DNA from: Candidatus Binatia bacterium
GTDB lineage: Bacteria > Desulfobacterota > Binatia > UBA9968 > CAXXLF01
Direction: 5' to 3'
NCBI GenBank assembly: GCA_963664015.2
Contig: CAXXLF010000001.1
Coordinates: forward strand, 96,001 to 160,000
DNA: 64,000 nucleotides
Shown: positions 8,969 through 18,602 of the stretch, one piece after another
Layout: every line of letters begins with the position of its first letter
Numbering within the stretch: the stretch's first letter is position 1
Translations under genes and position numbers: made by a program
The notes under the pieces: generated by a model
The model's input: the letters and a program-made list of their open reading frames with translations, nothing else
Databases searched by the model: none
What the model was told of the DNA's origin: nothing

Positions 8969-9997
8969 CTAGATCTGGTAAAATTTTCTGGCATTATCTC
9001 CCAGGATGGCCGCCTTGTGTTCGTCGGCAATATCCTTTCGTTCCCGTATCTCGTCAATCTCTTCCATACAGTTGCCGAGAGTGATCTCATGGGGGAAGTC
9101 GGATGCGAACATGAAGGGTTCCGGACCGACTCGCTCGATGGCATAGGCCAAAGCCCGTTCATTGCCCTCACAGCCGACAAAGAACTGACCTCCGCGAAAG
9201 TAGTCTTCGATCTTTCGCGGCAAGTCCAGGCCTCCGTACGCGGCCTCCCGCTCGAGCCGATCCAAAACCATGGGGATCCAAGCTGTGCCCCCCTCGAGGA
9301 AACCCACGCGTAATTTGGGAAAGCGGTCCAGCACCCCGTCTACGATCATCCCGGTCATGGCTATGGCCAGGGGAACCGGCATGCCCAGCGCCCGGGTGGC
9401 CGGAAAGACGGTAAAGGTATTGAATCCCAGATCGCTATAGCTTCCCCCATGGACCGCCATGGCGCAACCCAGTTTCTCCGCTTCTGCATAGATGGGCCAG
9501 AACTCTTTGGACGATATATGACGTTTAAGTCCGTTAGAAGGGATCATCGCCGCCACCATCCCCAGCTCCGTAACCGCCCGGCGCAGCTCCTCAACCGCCA
9601 TGCTGGGGTCCTGCATGGGGATGAGCGCAACTCCCTTCAATCGCGGGCTGGCCTTCAGATACTTCTCGTGAAGCCAGTTATTATAGGCTCGGGCAAACCC
9701 CAGGGCCCACTCGGGGTACTGGATATGGCCGTAGGCCAGGGCACCCGTGGTGAAAAGAGCCGCCGATTCGATTCCAGTCTTCTCTAAGAATGCGATCCAT
9801 TCATTAGGACCCACGGACCAGTCAAAGGTCCCCTTCTTCGGAAGGATTTGACTCGGGGTGTGAAACTCATCGAGGCTCGGCATCATCCGGCTCTTGGTCA
9901 TGTAACCCCAGGCTGTAAACGGCTCTTCGATGAACTCGTTCAACTCCCGTTCGTTGATCATCACGTGCCCGTCGGAGTCAACGTACTTCTTTGACAT
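8969..9997 (-). CDS. Amidohydrolase family protein (Amidohydro_2, decarboxylase/hydratase-like)
   Basis: DSDGH, AYNNW, AVHG, FLEGG and FASDFPH motifs. Confidence 0.88.
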   Translation of the reverse strand: MSKKYVDSDGHVMINERELNEFIEEPFTAWGYMTKSRMMPSLDEFHTPSQILPKKGTFDWSVGPNEWIAFLEKTGIESAALFTTGALAYGHIQYPEWALGFARAYNNWLHEKYLKASPRLKGVALIPMQDPSMAVEELRRAVTELGMVAAMIPSNGLKRHISSKEFWPIYAEAEKLGCAMAVHGGSYSDLGFNTFTVFPATRALGMPVPLAIAMTGMIVDGVLDRFPKLRVGFLEGGTAWIPMVLDRLEREAAYGGLDLPRKIEDYFRGGQFFVGCEGNERALAYAIERVGPEPFMFASDFPHEITLGNCMEEIDEIRERKDIADEHKAAILGDNARKFYQI

Positions 9998-10147
9998 CGG
10001 TACCCCTCCTAATGGGTTTAGCTAAAGGTCTTGTTAAAAAGACTTTTAATCTAATTTTCAAAAAAAGGCTATCCATGCTCATAGCTCTCAGCATCCCTGC
10101 CTGTCAAGGAGGAACCGTTATCCCAATTATCGCTGTAATTTTAATGA

Positions 10148-10603
10148 TTAAAAGTGTCGCAGGAGCTCTTCCATGCCATCGATCTCCGAGGTCGTCAGCA
10201 GCATGATCTCGTTGGACTCGCCCGAATCAGCGGCCGCTGCATAATGGTGCCAAGCGGTGAGTTCCCGATAAAGGAGTATAGCGATCATGGTTCGCTTTAA
10301 GACCCTCTCGTTATTTCCTTTTGGCTTTTTGATGCTTATCTTCGCGACCTTGGCCGGTACGGGTTTGGGATCAGAAATCATTTGATCCGGAACCGATACC
10401 GCCGCGTAAGCATTCGAGTTACTGGACCTAGCTACGATATCATCAAGTGAATTTGGGAGAATCGCATCGATGGATGTCTGGTTTGAGTCTATACAATCTG
10501 AGCTACACTTAGAGGCGTTTCCATAAGGGGATAAAAACAGCAGCACGACGAGGAGAGTACCGATACCTATAGCAATTGTGGACTTTCTAATTCAGTGTTG
10601 CAT
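10148..10603 (-). pseudogene. Putative exported hypothetical protein with a premature TGA at codon 4
   Basis: GGAGGA RBS, ATG 10603: MQH*IRKSTIAIGIGTLLVVLLFLSPYGNAS (signal-peptide-like), in frame with ORF 10148-10546. Confidence 0.5.
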
Positions 10604-10659
10604 TTGAGGCTCCTCCTTCCTTCTTTTTTGTGTTTCACATTGGGTCTGCACTCTTACGT

Positions 10660-10675
10660 AGCAAGATTATTGCCA
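10660..10675 (-). promoter_or_regulatory. Sigma54 promoter
   Basis: Minus strand TGGCAATAATCTTGCT, near-consensus -24/-12, about 57 nt upstream of ATG 10603. Confidence 0.6.
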
Positions 10676-10862
10676 CCAGGAAAAGTACCGTTTTCCAATG
10701 TAAAACTGGAATGTCAAACCGAAATGATGGGAAGGGGACGAGCTTGACAATCAGCACGATCAACGACAACACTAGTAAAATACGATACTTATATATCGTT
10801 ATTTAATGTCTGGAGAAGTTAGTTTCAATTTGAGACGACTCTGCAGCTATGGAGCGTACGGG

Positions 10863-11855
10863 TCAGTACTTATAGCCTATGACCAGCGATGAAGTGAGTG
10901 GATCGGGAAGGGCGATATGATCAGTGGAAACAAAGCCCGCAGCCTGGAGCCAACCCTGCACTTCCTCCGATGAATAACACCGCCCAAGTTCGGTTGTAAG
11001 CAGCATCAGTAAGGCAAATGCGGCACCAACAGGGGGCCCTGTTCGGGCGCTGTCCAGGATGTGATCTTTTATAACGATTCTGCCTCCCGCATCCAGGCAG
11101 GTGTAAAGTTTGGACATCAAGCGACGGTTTTCTTCTTCTCCCTCCGAATGAATGATATTAGACAAAAATATCATTTGATAGGTTCCAGGTATGGGATCGT
11201 GTCGATAGTCACCTTTAATAAGTTGAATCTGATTCCCTACCCCGGCCTCTTTGACAAACTTATCGGTCATCTTTAAGGTTTCCGGAAGATCAAACAAAGT
11301 GGCACGGAGTTGGGCAAATTTCATGCACCATTGAATCGCGTAGGAGGCAGGTCCGGGCCCCAAATCGAGCATCTCCTGGACCCCACTAATGTTCATATTA
11401 TCGGCTACGACCTCGGCGTCCCCACGGGCCTTGACCAGAGAGTCCATCCCCAGAATAAATCGTTCCGTTTCTCGACGATCCCCTTGATACATGTCCGGCG
11501 TTCGGACCGGAGCCCCACGACGAACCGCTTGCTCTAGTTCCCCCCAGCTTCCCCAAAGGGAAGCGTCGAAAAGGATCATATGGCCATAGTATTTGGGGGA
11601 ACTGGTTACTAGATATTCAGTTGAGACGTCGTTCAACGTGAAGAACTGGTCATGCTTATCCAGGAGCCCGAAGGAGACCAACGCGTTGAGGAGGAGCTCC
11701 GTTGCCCGGACATCCGTAGCAAGAGACAAAGCCAGGGATGAGGCGCTGCAGCCACCACCGTCAAGTGCGTCAAACAACTTCATTGCGACAGCCACTTGGA
11801 TAATCCGGGCTTCCACATGCCCCGATGCCAGGCGCGCCAGTAGGGAATAGTCCAA
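10863..11855 (-). CDS. SAM-dependent O-methyltransferase (Methyltransf_2 with dimerisation domain)
   Basis: LDLGPGP, FDLP, GDY and LSNIIH motifs; probable TTG start next to the upstream stop. Confidence 0.88.
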   Translation of the reverse strand: MDYSLLARLASGHVEARIIQVAVAMKLFDALDGGGCSASSLALSLATDVRATELLLNALVSFGLLDKHDQFFTLNDVSTEYLVTSSPKYYGHMILFDASLWGSWGELEQAVRRGAPVRTPDMYQGDRRETERFILGMDSLVKARGDAEVVADNMNISGVQEMLDLGPGPASYAIQWCMKFAQLRATLFDLPETLKMTDKFVKEAGVGNQIQLIKGDYRHDPIPGTYQMIFLSNIIHSEGEEENRRLMSKLYTCLDAGGRIVIKDHILDSARTGPPVGAAFALLMLLTTELGRCYSSEEVQGWLQAAGFVSTDHIALPDPLTSSLVIGYKY

Positions 11856-11856
11856 T

Positions 11857-13302
11857 TTAGATTCGCTCGATGATCCGATAGGTACGGCTCTTCGGCTTGA
11901 TGGGGGCAATGATTCCAAGCTTCACCAACGATCGAATTTCCCGGTAGGCTGTATCCCTATCGACCTCACCGATCCGTTGGTAGTCCATTGTGGACATGGC
12001 CTTACCATGGGAATAGGCGTAAACTAGAAGGCGCTTTTGCCGATAGTTCACCTGCAATCGGCGGAACTGGTTCAGCCACTTCAGCGTCGATTCGTCATAG
12101 ATCGGCGTATTGCGTAAAGTGACGGAGAAGAAAAAACCCTCGCTGGTAAACTCTGGCGGCCGCAATCCATACTGCTCCATATCCTGAAACATTCTGGGTA
12201 CACCTTCACCCATCTCCTGCAGGTAGCCGAGATCGGCAAGAACCCGGATGAGCAGTGGATTTCGCGAGAAGTGAACCCTTTTTTGCAATCGCAGCTGCTC
12301 CACCGTTATCGGTGCAGGGAGCATCCCTGGGCTTCGAACCTCGATACGATCATCAAACATCCACACCTCCGTGGAGGCTCCGGTTAAAGAGTAATCCCGA
12401 TGGGCAACAGCGTTGACCAGTGCTTCTTGCCAAGGTAAGGACGGGTATTCGAGTCGTTCACGGAAGAACAGGTCGTGGAGAACCATCCTTTCCCGGATAT
12501 GCTCCTTAATCCGCCCCACGGCCTCATCGATAAGACGCCAGAGGGGAGCCTCGAAACGGATCCGTTTGATAACATTCATGGAGGTTCCATGCTTACGCTC
12601 GGTACCATCGTATTTGACAAAGTCGATCCCGCATCGGGGGTGCCAGCGGGTAGGGTCCTTCGCAAAGAGGAGCAAGCAGGCCATCTTCAGGGTGGGTCTG
12701 GCCGACGATCGGTCCACAAGATGGTAGGCCTGCTCCAACAGCGCCTGGGGTTCCCTGGGATCGGCGATCTTATTACCGATGGACTTAACGGCTTCCAGGT
12801 CCAGATCCTCCCAGGTTGCATCCGAGACCGTGTGCCGTTCGTAAGGAAAGGACCGTTTCGCATCTCGCAGAGACTGAATCTGTTCCGCAGGAATCGATGC
12901 ATTTTCAGCCGCCACCCGGTAATAGGTGCGTCCACCGGATACCCGATGGAGCTCAAGGGAGGACCCTACGGAGATCTTGAGTAAAAGCAGGTTCCCAAGA
13001 TTGAACTTTTCAAATAATGGATAAATCGGAGGGCTAATCATACCCTGGGTAGCCTGGAGCAGGCTCTGGTATTCCTCCGGCGAGTGCGGAATGCCCGTAA
13101 TACTCTTGTCTTTTTCTACCCCGACCAACAAGGTCCCCCCATCAGCATTGGCCATACCGCCGACGAGTCGGGCAATCTCTCGAACGAGTTCATTCAACGC
13201 TCTGGGGGGTGTCCCTTTTTTGTTCAGTTCGTAGGCGCTGACGAATTCGAGGAACTGCCCCCTTTCATGCCTAAGCAGGCTTTCGAGATCTTCCCCTTGC
13301 AT
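11857..13302 (-). CDS. Schlafen/AlbA_2 + HATPase_c_4 (RecG C-terminal-like) + wHTH protein (COG2865-like)
   Basis: MANADGGTLLVGV, EALVNAVAHRDY, SPG, RNPLL and GEGV motifs. Confidence 0.88.
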   Translation of the reverse strand: MQGEDLESLLRHERGQFLEFVSAYELNKKGTPPRALNELVREIARLVGGMANADGGTLLVGVEKDKSITGIPHSPEEYQSLLQATQGMISPPIYPLFEKFNLGNLLLLKISVGSSLELHRVSGGRTYYRVAAENASIPAEQIQSLRDAKRSFPYERHTVSDATWEDLDLEAVKSIGNKIADPREPQALLEQAYHLVDRSSARPTLKMACLLLFAKDPTRWHPRCGIDFVKYDGTERKHGTSMNVIKRIRFEAPLWRLIDEAVGRIKEHIRERMVLHDLFFRERLEYPSLPWQEALVNAVAHRDYSLTGASTEVWMFDDRIEVRSPGMLPAPITVEQLRLQKRVHFSRNPLLIRVLADLGYLQEMGEGVPRMFQDMEQYGLRPPEFTSEGFFFSVTLRNTPIYDESTLKWLNQFRRLQVNYRQKRLLVYAYSHGKAMSTMDYQRIGEVDRDTAYREIRSLVKLGIIAPIKPKSRTYRIIERI

Positions 13303-13306
13303 GACA

Positions 13307-13840
13307 TCAATCCCTCGCAGAAATGTAGAAATCGTTCAGGTCAAGCCATTCATTCACGGTATGAATCTCCCGTATGCCGGTGGACAGATTCGCGACTTCC
13401 AGACCCTTTTTATTGAAAACGTCGGCGTCGCACCCCCCCCCCGGTGGCCATAACCTGCACATGCATTCCCATTCTGGCAGCCGCTGATTGGACAAACGTA
13501 CGTTGGGAGATTCATAAGAAAGATCCATGGTATCGTCCTGTCTTTCAATTGAAGCCTTCACCGTCGGCCGATAGGGCTTATCGTCGACCTCTAAACCAAC
13601 TGTATCCATGTGGGCAGAAAGTAAAATCGGCTTAACCTCCCGGACATTGCCGTCAAAATGCACAATCACATTACCGACTTAGCCCCCCACTTTTCCACCG
13701 GCATCATCGAATCGCACCCGGCACCCCAGCTCTTCCATCTCTCGCTTCAGGCGCTGGAAGATAGCTCCCTCCTTACGGGAAATGCTATCGATTTGAACCA
13801 GCTTGATTAGCAGGTTTTGGAGTCTTTCGCGTTGAATCAA
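13307..13840 (-). pseudogene. M20B peptidase (peptidase T-like, YqjE type) pseudogene
   Basis: MIQRERL..LVQIDSISRKE...GG*VGN...SAHMDTV...GGGCDA...IHTVNE; internal TAA and a large internal deletion. Confidence 0.8.
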
Positions 13841-13908
13841 AATTCATCCTCCCGCAGGGCTAGGAGTTGGGAGCCGACAAAGCGCGACGGCCTGTGGTCC
13901 CTGGGAAT

Positions 13909-14817
13909 TTACGTTTCGAAACCTTGGGAATCTAATTCTCTGAGCAAGTGAGTGAATTCCAATTGGCTATAGAGCTCCCGTAACTTGTCCATGCTGGGCT
14001 TACGATACCGGAAGTGATCCAACTCCAGAGGAACGGGAACATCGGTCCTCACGGTGGCCAACTCGCGGCTCAACATGGCGTCATCACGGCCTTCAATTAG
14101 GGCCTTACGAACCCGTGCGCGCCCCCTTATTTTAACTTGATCCAAATCATCGAGATGGTCGTAGAGGTTCTCCAACGTATGAAATTGCTGAATCAGCGCG
14201 ATGGCCGTTTTTTCCCCAATCCCTTTAACCCCTCGAATGTTATCGACCGCGTCGCCCATGAGGGCCATAACCTCAACGACTTTGGACGGGTCCACTCCGA
14301 ACTTTTGCCGGACCTCCTCCACCCCGATCCACTTGGCTTTCATGGTATCCAACATGCGGACCGAGCCACCAACCAGTTGCATTAGATCCTTATCCCCCGA
14401 AACAATCACAACTTCTGTATCCGAGGAAGAAAAATGCTTTGCCAGGGTTGCGATTAAATCGTCCGCTTCAAACCCATCGTGCTCCAGCACCGCGATATTC
14501 ATCGCCTGGAGGACCTGCCGGATATATGGGAACTGGGGGATCAGATCGTCGGGAGCCTCGGGCCGGTTGGCCTTGTAATCTCGGTAGATCTCGTCTCTAA
14601 AGGTCTCGCCCCCCGTGTCGAAGACCATAACCAGCCACTGGGGCCTTTGATCCTTAAGAAGTTTCAGGGTCATGGTCGTAAAGCCGTAAATCGCATGGGT
14701 GGCAAGCCCGGAAGAATTCGTGAGCCGCGGCATGCCAAAATACGCACGAAAAATATAGGAGCTTCCGTCGATCAGATAGATCCGTGGAGCATCGCCGCCA
14801 CCGGCAGGATTGCTCAT
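13909..14817 (-). CDS. Stand-alone 5'-3' exonuclease / flap endonuclease (PolA N-terminal domain only)
   Basis: LIDGSSYIFRAY, YKANR, EADD, SGDKD and GDAVDNI..VKGIGEKTA (H3TH); no polymerase domain. Confidence 0.9.
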   Translation of the reverse strand: MSNPAGGGDAPRIYLIDGSSYIFRAYFGMPRLTNSSGLATHAIYGFTTMTLKLLKDQRPQWLVMVFDTGGETFRDEIYRDYKANRPEAPDDLIPQFPYIRQVLQAMNIAVLEHDGFEADDLIATLAKHFSSSDTEVVIVSGDKDLMQLVGGSVRMLDTMKAKWIGVEEVRQKFGVDPSKVVEVMALMGDAVDNIRGVKGIGEKTAIALIQQFHTLENLYDHLDDLDQVKIRGRARVRKALIEGRDDAMLSRELATVRTDVPVPLELDHFRYRKPSMDKLRELYSQLEFTHLLRELDSQGFET

Positions 14818-15348
14818 GATTTTACCCGAGTCCTTTTTCGTAACTTTAGATAACCTGGTTGTAATGCCATACGATTGAAGAAAAGGAATGAGGCCGGAAC
14901 TTGACTTCGGCCAACCGACAATTCACAAAGGGTACCTGTTTGCGATTAGCTCAATTCCCCCCAAAGAGCAAGAGTGAAACCCAATTGGCCGGTGACAGGA
15001 CACCCGATGTGTTATTCGTGAGCCCCCCACGCTTCCGTCTCAAACAGAATTTCCCCTTTAAATTCAATCCAAGAAATTTTATTTTCTCCCGGTCAGATTT
15101 TTCTCTTGCATTGGAACTGGAAAATGTTTAAAAAATCCTCCTTGAGAATTATTTTGCAACACGATTGCTAACGGCGCTCCTCTAAAGAAATCGGCAAACC
15201 AGAAATGCAACAACTGACCTGTATGTTCCGCAGCCCAATTGTTTTCGCCTTATCCTCTATCGTCCCTTTATTTGCGGCCAGCCGGACCCTGCTCATAGGT
15301 CTGCTTATAAATGCCTTTAAACGATCGAATTATCTTATCCTTCCAATT

Positions 15349-15368
15349 CTATCCACAGTTGTGGATAG
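15349..15368. promoter_or_regulatory. Pair of inverted DnaA boxes (candidate oriC or dnaA autoregulation site)
   Basis: CTATCCACA-GT-TGTGGATAG, each 1 mismatch from TTATCCACA, about 70 nt upstream of dnaA in an AT-rich intergenic region. Confidence 0.7.
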
Positions 15369-15437
15369 TTGTAAACATAAACGGTCGACCTTTTGGGTCT
15401 ATAAAACGGGCGCCTAACGTCGCTCGTCGAGGGTGGT

Positions 15438-16757
15438 ATGGATTTGTGGCAAGAGGCCTTAAAACTGCTTGAACACCGGTTGGGTCAACACAACTTCGGA
15501 ACCTGGATCAAGCCGATACGAGCCAGAATCGGGGCCGGCGGGGAAATCGTCCTGGAGGTGCCGAGCAAGTTTGTTCGCGACTGGCTGATGGCCCACTTTT
15601 TATTCGAGATCCAGGAATGCCTGGCGGAGGTGAGTCATCCGGGGGTCAGCGTCTCGGTGGAGGTCAACCCAAAGGACGGGCAAACCGGCAAAAGTGCCAA
15701 GAAGGTGGAAGCTCCTAAACAGCAACTGCAACCCATTGGGATTACCGGCCTCATACCTAAGTACACCTTCGAAAATTTCGTCGTGGGATCGAGCAATCAA
15801 TTTGCCCATGCGGCGTGCTTGGCCGTAGCAAACCAATCCGGCGATCACTACAATCCACTGTTCCTTTATGGTGGTGTAGGCTTGGGCAAGACCCACCTGG
15901 TCAATGCCATCGGCCATAAAGTGCTTAGAAACCGGCCAGCCTTGAAGGTTACCTATCTGGCCTCCGAATCCTTTATGAACGAGCTAATTACCTCGTTGCG
16001 TAGGGATCGTGCCGCTGAGTTTAAGGCCCGATTTCGTAATGTCGACATACTGATCCTTGACGACGTCCAGTTCCTGGCGGGCAAGGAGAGGACTCAAGAA
16101 GAGTTTTTCCACACCTTTAACTCTCTTTATGAATCCCATAAGCAGATCGTTCTTACATCTGACAAATTTCCCAAAGAAATCCCCGGGCTCGAAGACCGGC
16201 TCAGAAACCGCTTCGAGTGGGGCCTCATCGCCGACATCCAGGCCCCCGACATGGAAACCCGGGTTGCCATTTTGGAAAAAAAGGCCGAGATGGAAGAGGT
16301 TCCGTTGAGCCACGAGGTGGCACTGTTCCTGGCCTCCCACATCGACTCCAACGTCCGGGAGCTCGAAGGGTCTCTCACTCGACTTGGGGCCTTTGCCTCC
16401 CTCACCAAAACCGAAATAACAATCGAACTCGTCAAACAGGTCCTCAAAAACACTTTGCGTGGCATACATAGAGAAGTCACCATTGAAAATATCCAGAAGG
16501 CCATTTGCGATCATTTCAACCTGAAGCTGGGTGACCTGAAATCCAAGCGACGTACCAAAAACATCGCTCAGCCCAGACAGATGGCCATGTATCTCTGCCG
16601 CAAATACACCTCAACCTCATTCCCTGTCATCGGCGACAAGTTCGGCGGCAGGGATCATTCTACAGTTATCCACGCCTCAAAGGTCATTGAGCAACGGATT
16701 AAAAGCGATTCCTCCGTGCAAATAGCCATTGAGAGTTTAGAAAAGCAGCTCAAATGA
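15438..16757 (+). CDS. dnaA: Chromosomal replication initiator DnaA
   Basis: YTFENFVVG, YNPLFLYGGVGLGKTHL, DDVQF, RFEWGL and FGGRDHSTVIHA motifs. Confidence 0.98.
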   Translation: MDLWQEALKLLEHRLGQHNFGTWIKPIRARIGAGGEIVLEVPSKFVRDWLMAHFLFEIQECLAEVSHPGVSVSVEVNPKDGQTGKSAKKVEAPKQQLQPIGITGLIPKYTFENFVVGSSNQFAHAACLAVANQSGDHYNPLFLYGGVGLGKTHLVNAIGHKVLRNRPALKVTYLASESFMNELITSLRRDRAAEFKARFRNVDILILDDVQFLAGKERTQEEFFHTFNSLYESHKQIVLTSDKFPKEIPGLEDRLRNRFEWGLIADIQAPDMETRVAILEKKAEMEEVPLSHEVALFLASHIDSNVRELEGSLTRLGAFASLTKTEITIELVKQVLKNTLRGIHREVTIENIQKAICDHFNLKLGDLKSKRRTKNIAQPRQMAMYLCRKYTSTSFPVIGDKFGGRDHSTVIHASKVIEQRIKSDSSVQIAIESLEKQLK

Positions 16758-16787
16758 TAAAGTCTACCGGGACCGGAAAGGCAGGGC

Positions 16788-17507
16788 ATGGACGACCGGG
16801 AACGTTCTTATAACACTCCGGATTTTAAAATTAAACTTCCGGAGTCGGATCGGCTCGGGGAGACTATTCCGGTTCGGGTGGGAACCATGGCCCCCGAGTT
16901 TGAAGCACCGATCCTGGAGGGGCCCGTGGTTCGTCTCGGCGATTTGCGAGCCCAGGGGCACGTGGTCCTTATGATGGGCTCCATTACCAGTCCTATGTGC
17001 GCCATCGCCGTGCCCGGAATGAACCGGCTCCACTCGAAGCTAAAGGACAAAGGCGTGTCTATCTACCTCATCTATGTCAAGGAATCGCATCCCGGCGAGC
17101 ATTACCCGCACCATACCTCACTGGAGCAGAAGACCGAACATGCTCGGCAACTCCGGCGGTTGGAAAAGGTCGAGTTTCCGATTCTAGTAGACAGCCTGGA
17201 CGGATCCATTCACCGGAGCTATGGGCCGTGGCCCACCTCGATCTTCGTCATACATCGGGATGGGAGGCTTTTTTTTCGCAGTACCATCACGGACCCCCAT
17301 GAGGTGGAGCTGTACCTCGAGGAGCTCGTGCAGTCGAATGCCATCACCCAAAACCCCGATCGAGTCCCTCACCTCAGTTATTCCGAGCGGTTGATCGAAC
17401 ACGACCCCGACCGGGAGATACACCGCCGGGTATATGATCGAGCCGGACCCAAGGCCTATGAGGACGTTTGGAATGCCTTCCCCACCATGCGCGGCCGTTG
17501 GCCCTAG
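16788..17507 (+). CDS. Iodothyronine deiodinase-like / peroxiredoxin-fold protein
   Basis: GTMAPEF, GSITSPMC, IYVKESHPGE and LVDSLDG..H..YGPWP match the deiodinase-family pattern (GSxTU/CP; YxxEAHP; VDxxd). Confidence 0.75.
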   Translation: MDDRERSYNTPDFKIKLPESDRLGETIPVRVGTMAPEFEAPILEGPVVRLGDLRAQGHVVLMMGSITSPMCAIAVPGMNRLHSKLKDKGVSIYLIYVKESHPGEHYPHHTSLEQKTEHARQLRRLEKVEFPILVDSLDGSIHRSYGPWPTSIFVIHRDGRLFFRSTITDPHEVELYLEELVQSNAITQNPDRVPHLSYSERLIEHDPDREIHRRVYDRAGPKAYEDVWNAFPTMRGRWP

Positions 17508-18023
17508 GGGTTAAGATCAAGAACCGGCCGCCATTTCTCGAGTACCTTCTGTCGCAAGGTTTTGGGAGCGGCCGCCGTAGGGATGCCAATCACTCGGATC
17601 GCTGAGAATATGAGCCGAAACCAGATTGACGGCGCCATCATCCCATGGAGAGCCCTCATTCCTTTCCAAATCAACCAGGTCGCAAAATATCACTACAGTG
17701 CTGACCTAGGCGTCCTTCCTGTAGTCGTTGCTATGAACAAAAGGCAGTGCGAAAATCTTTCCCCGAAGGCCAGAGCCGTCGTGGACCAAAGTGGGCCACT
17801 GTTATCAAAAATGAGAGGAAAGACTTACGACGACACTCGAACAGAATACATCAATCGGCACAAGGCAGACCCGAAACACACAGTGATCGAGCCAACTTCA
17901 GCGGAACGAGGTGAGATGATAACCCTGTTCCAACCTCTGCATGATCAGTGGAGAGCCCAAAACGGAACGCAGCGTTATGATGCCCTCGTCAAGATTTTCT
18001 TCGAGATCCGGAAAGGCAATTAA
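17508..18023 (+). pseudogene. dctP: TRAP transporter substrate-binding protein, 5'-truncated
   Basis: LGAAAVGMPITRIAENMSRNQIDG...VVAMNK...LSPKARAVVD is the DctP C-terminal half; no signal peptide or N-terminus. Confidence 0.75.
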
Positions 18024-18053
18024 AAAATCTGATTCCACACTAAGGCAACGTAG

Positions 18054-18576
18054 ATGCATTGGTTTTACCTTGAAAAGAGGCTCACGGCTTTCGCCCGATG
18101 GTTGGCCTTTCTGGGCTTTTTTTTCTCCTCTTACTCTCCCTAATCATTGTCACTGATATTTTCATGCGTTAGCTGTTTCACGCCCCCTTAGCAGGGACCG
18201 GGGACATATCCAAAGTGCTGTTGCCTGTTATCGTAGCCACCTGCTTTCTCATTGCCGTGCACCAGCGCCAACACGTTACGATCCGGTTCCTGGCACTTCA
18301 TTGGGTCCGCGCAGGGGAACCTATCTGGAATTCTTTGGTTCACTGGTGCTGTTGGTATTTCTTCTCCGTATGTCCTGGCAGTTGATCCTCCACACCGCTG
18401 GAATGCAGGCCGCCAGGGAACATACCTGGGTTATTCAAATCTTAATGGCACCATGGTGGTGGGTGACAACGGCCATCATGGCCTCCTGCCTTCCCTTGCA
18501 AAGTCTTATTGTGCTGTCTTGTCTGATCCGGGTCGTTACCGGGCGGTCTCCGGACGGGGCCCCACAAATCCCTTAG
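18054..18576 (+). pseudogene. dctQ: TRAP small permease, frameshifted with an internal stop
   Basis: IIVTDIFMR*LFHAPLAG...QRQHVTIRF; several frame breaks. Confidence 0.75.
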
Positions 18577-18602
18577 AGTTTTGAGCAATAGGGATATTCG
18601 TC

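Noticed and set aside
10592-10594. TGA at codon 4 as selenocysteine
   Set aside because: Falls in a signal-peptide n-region, not a Cys position
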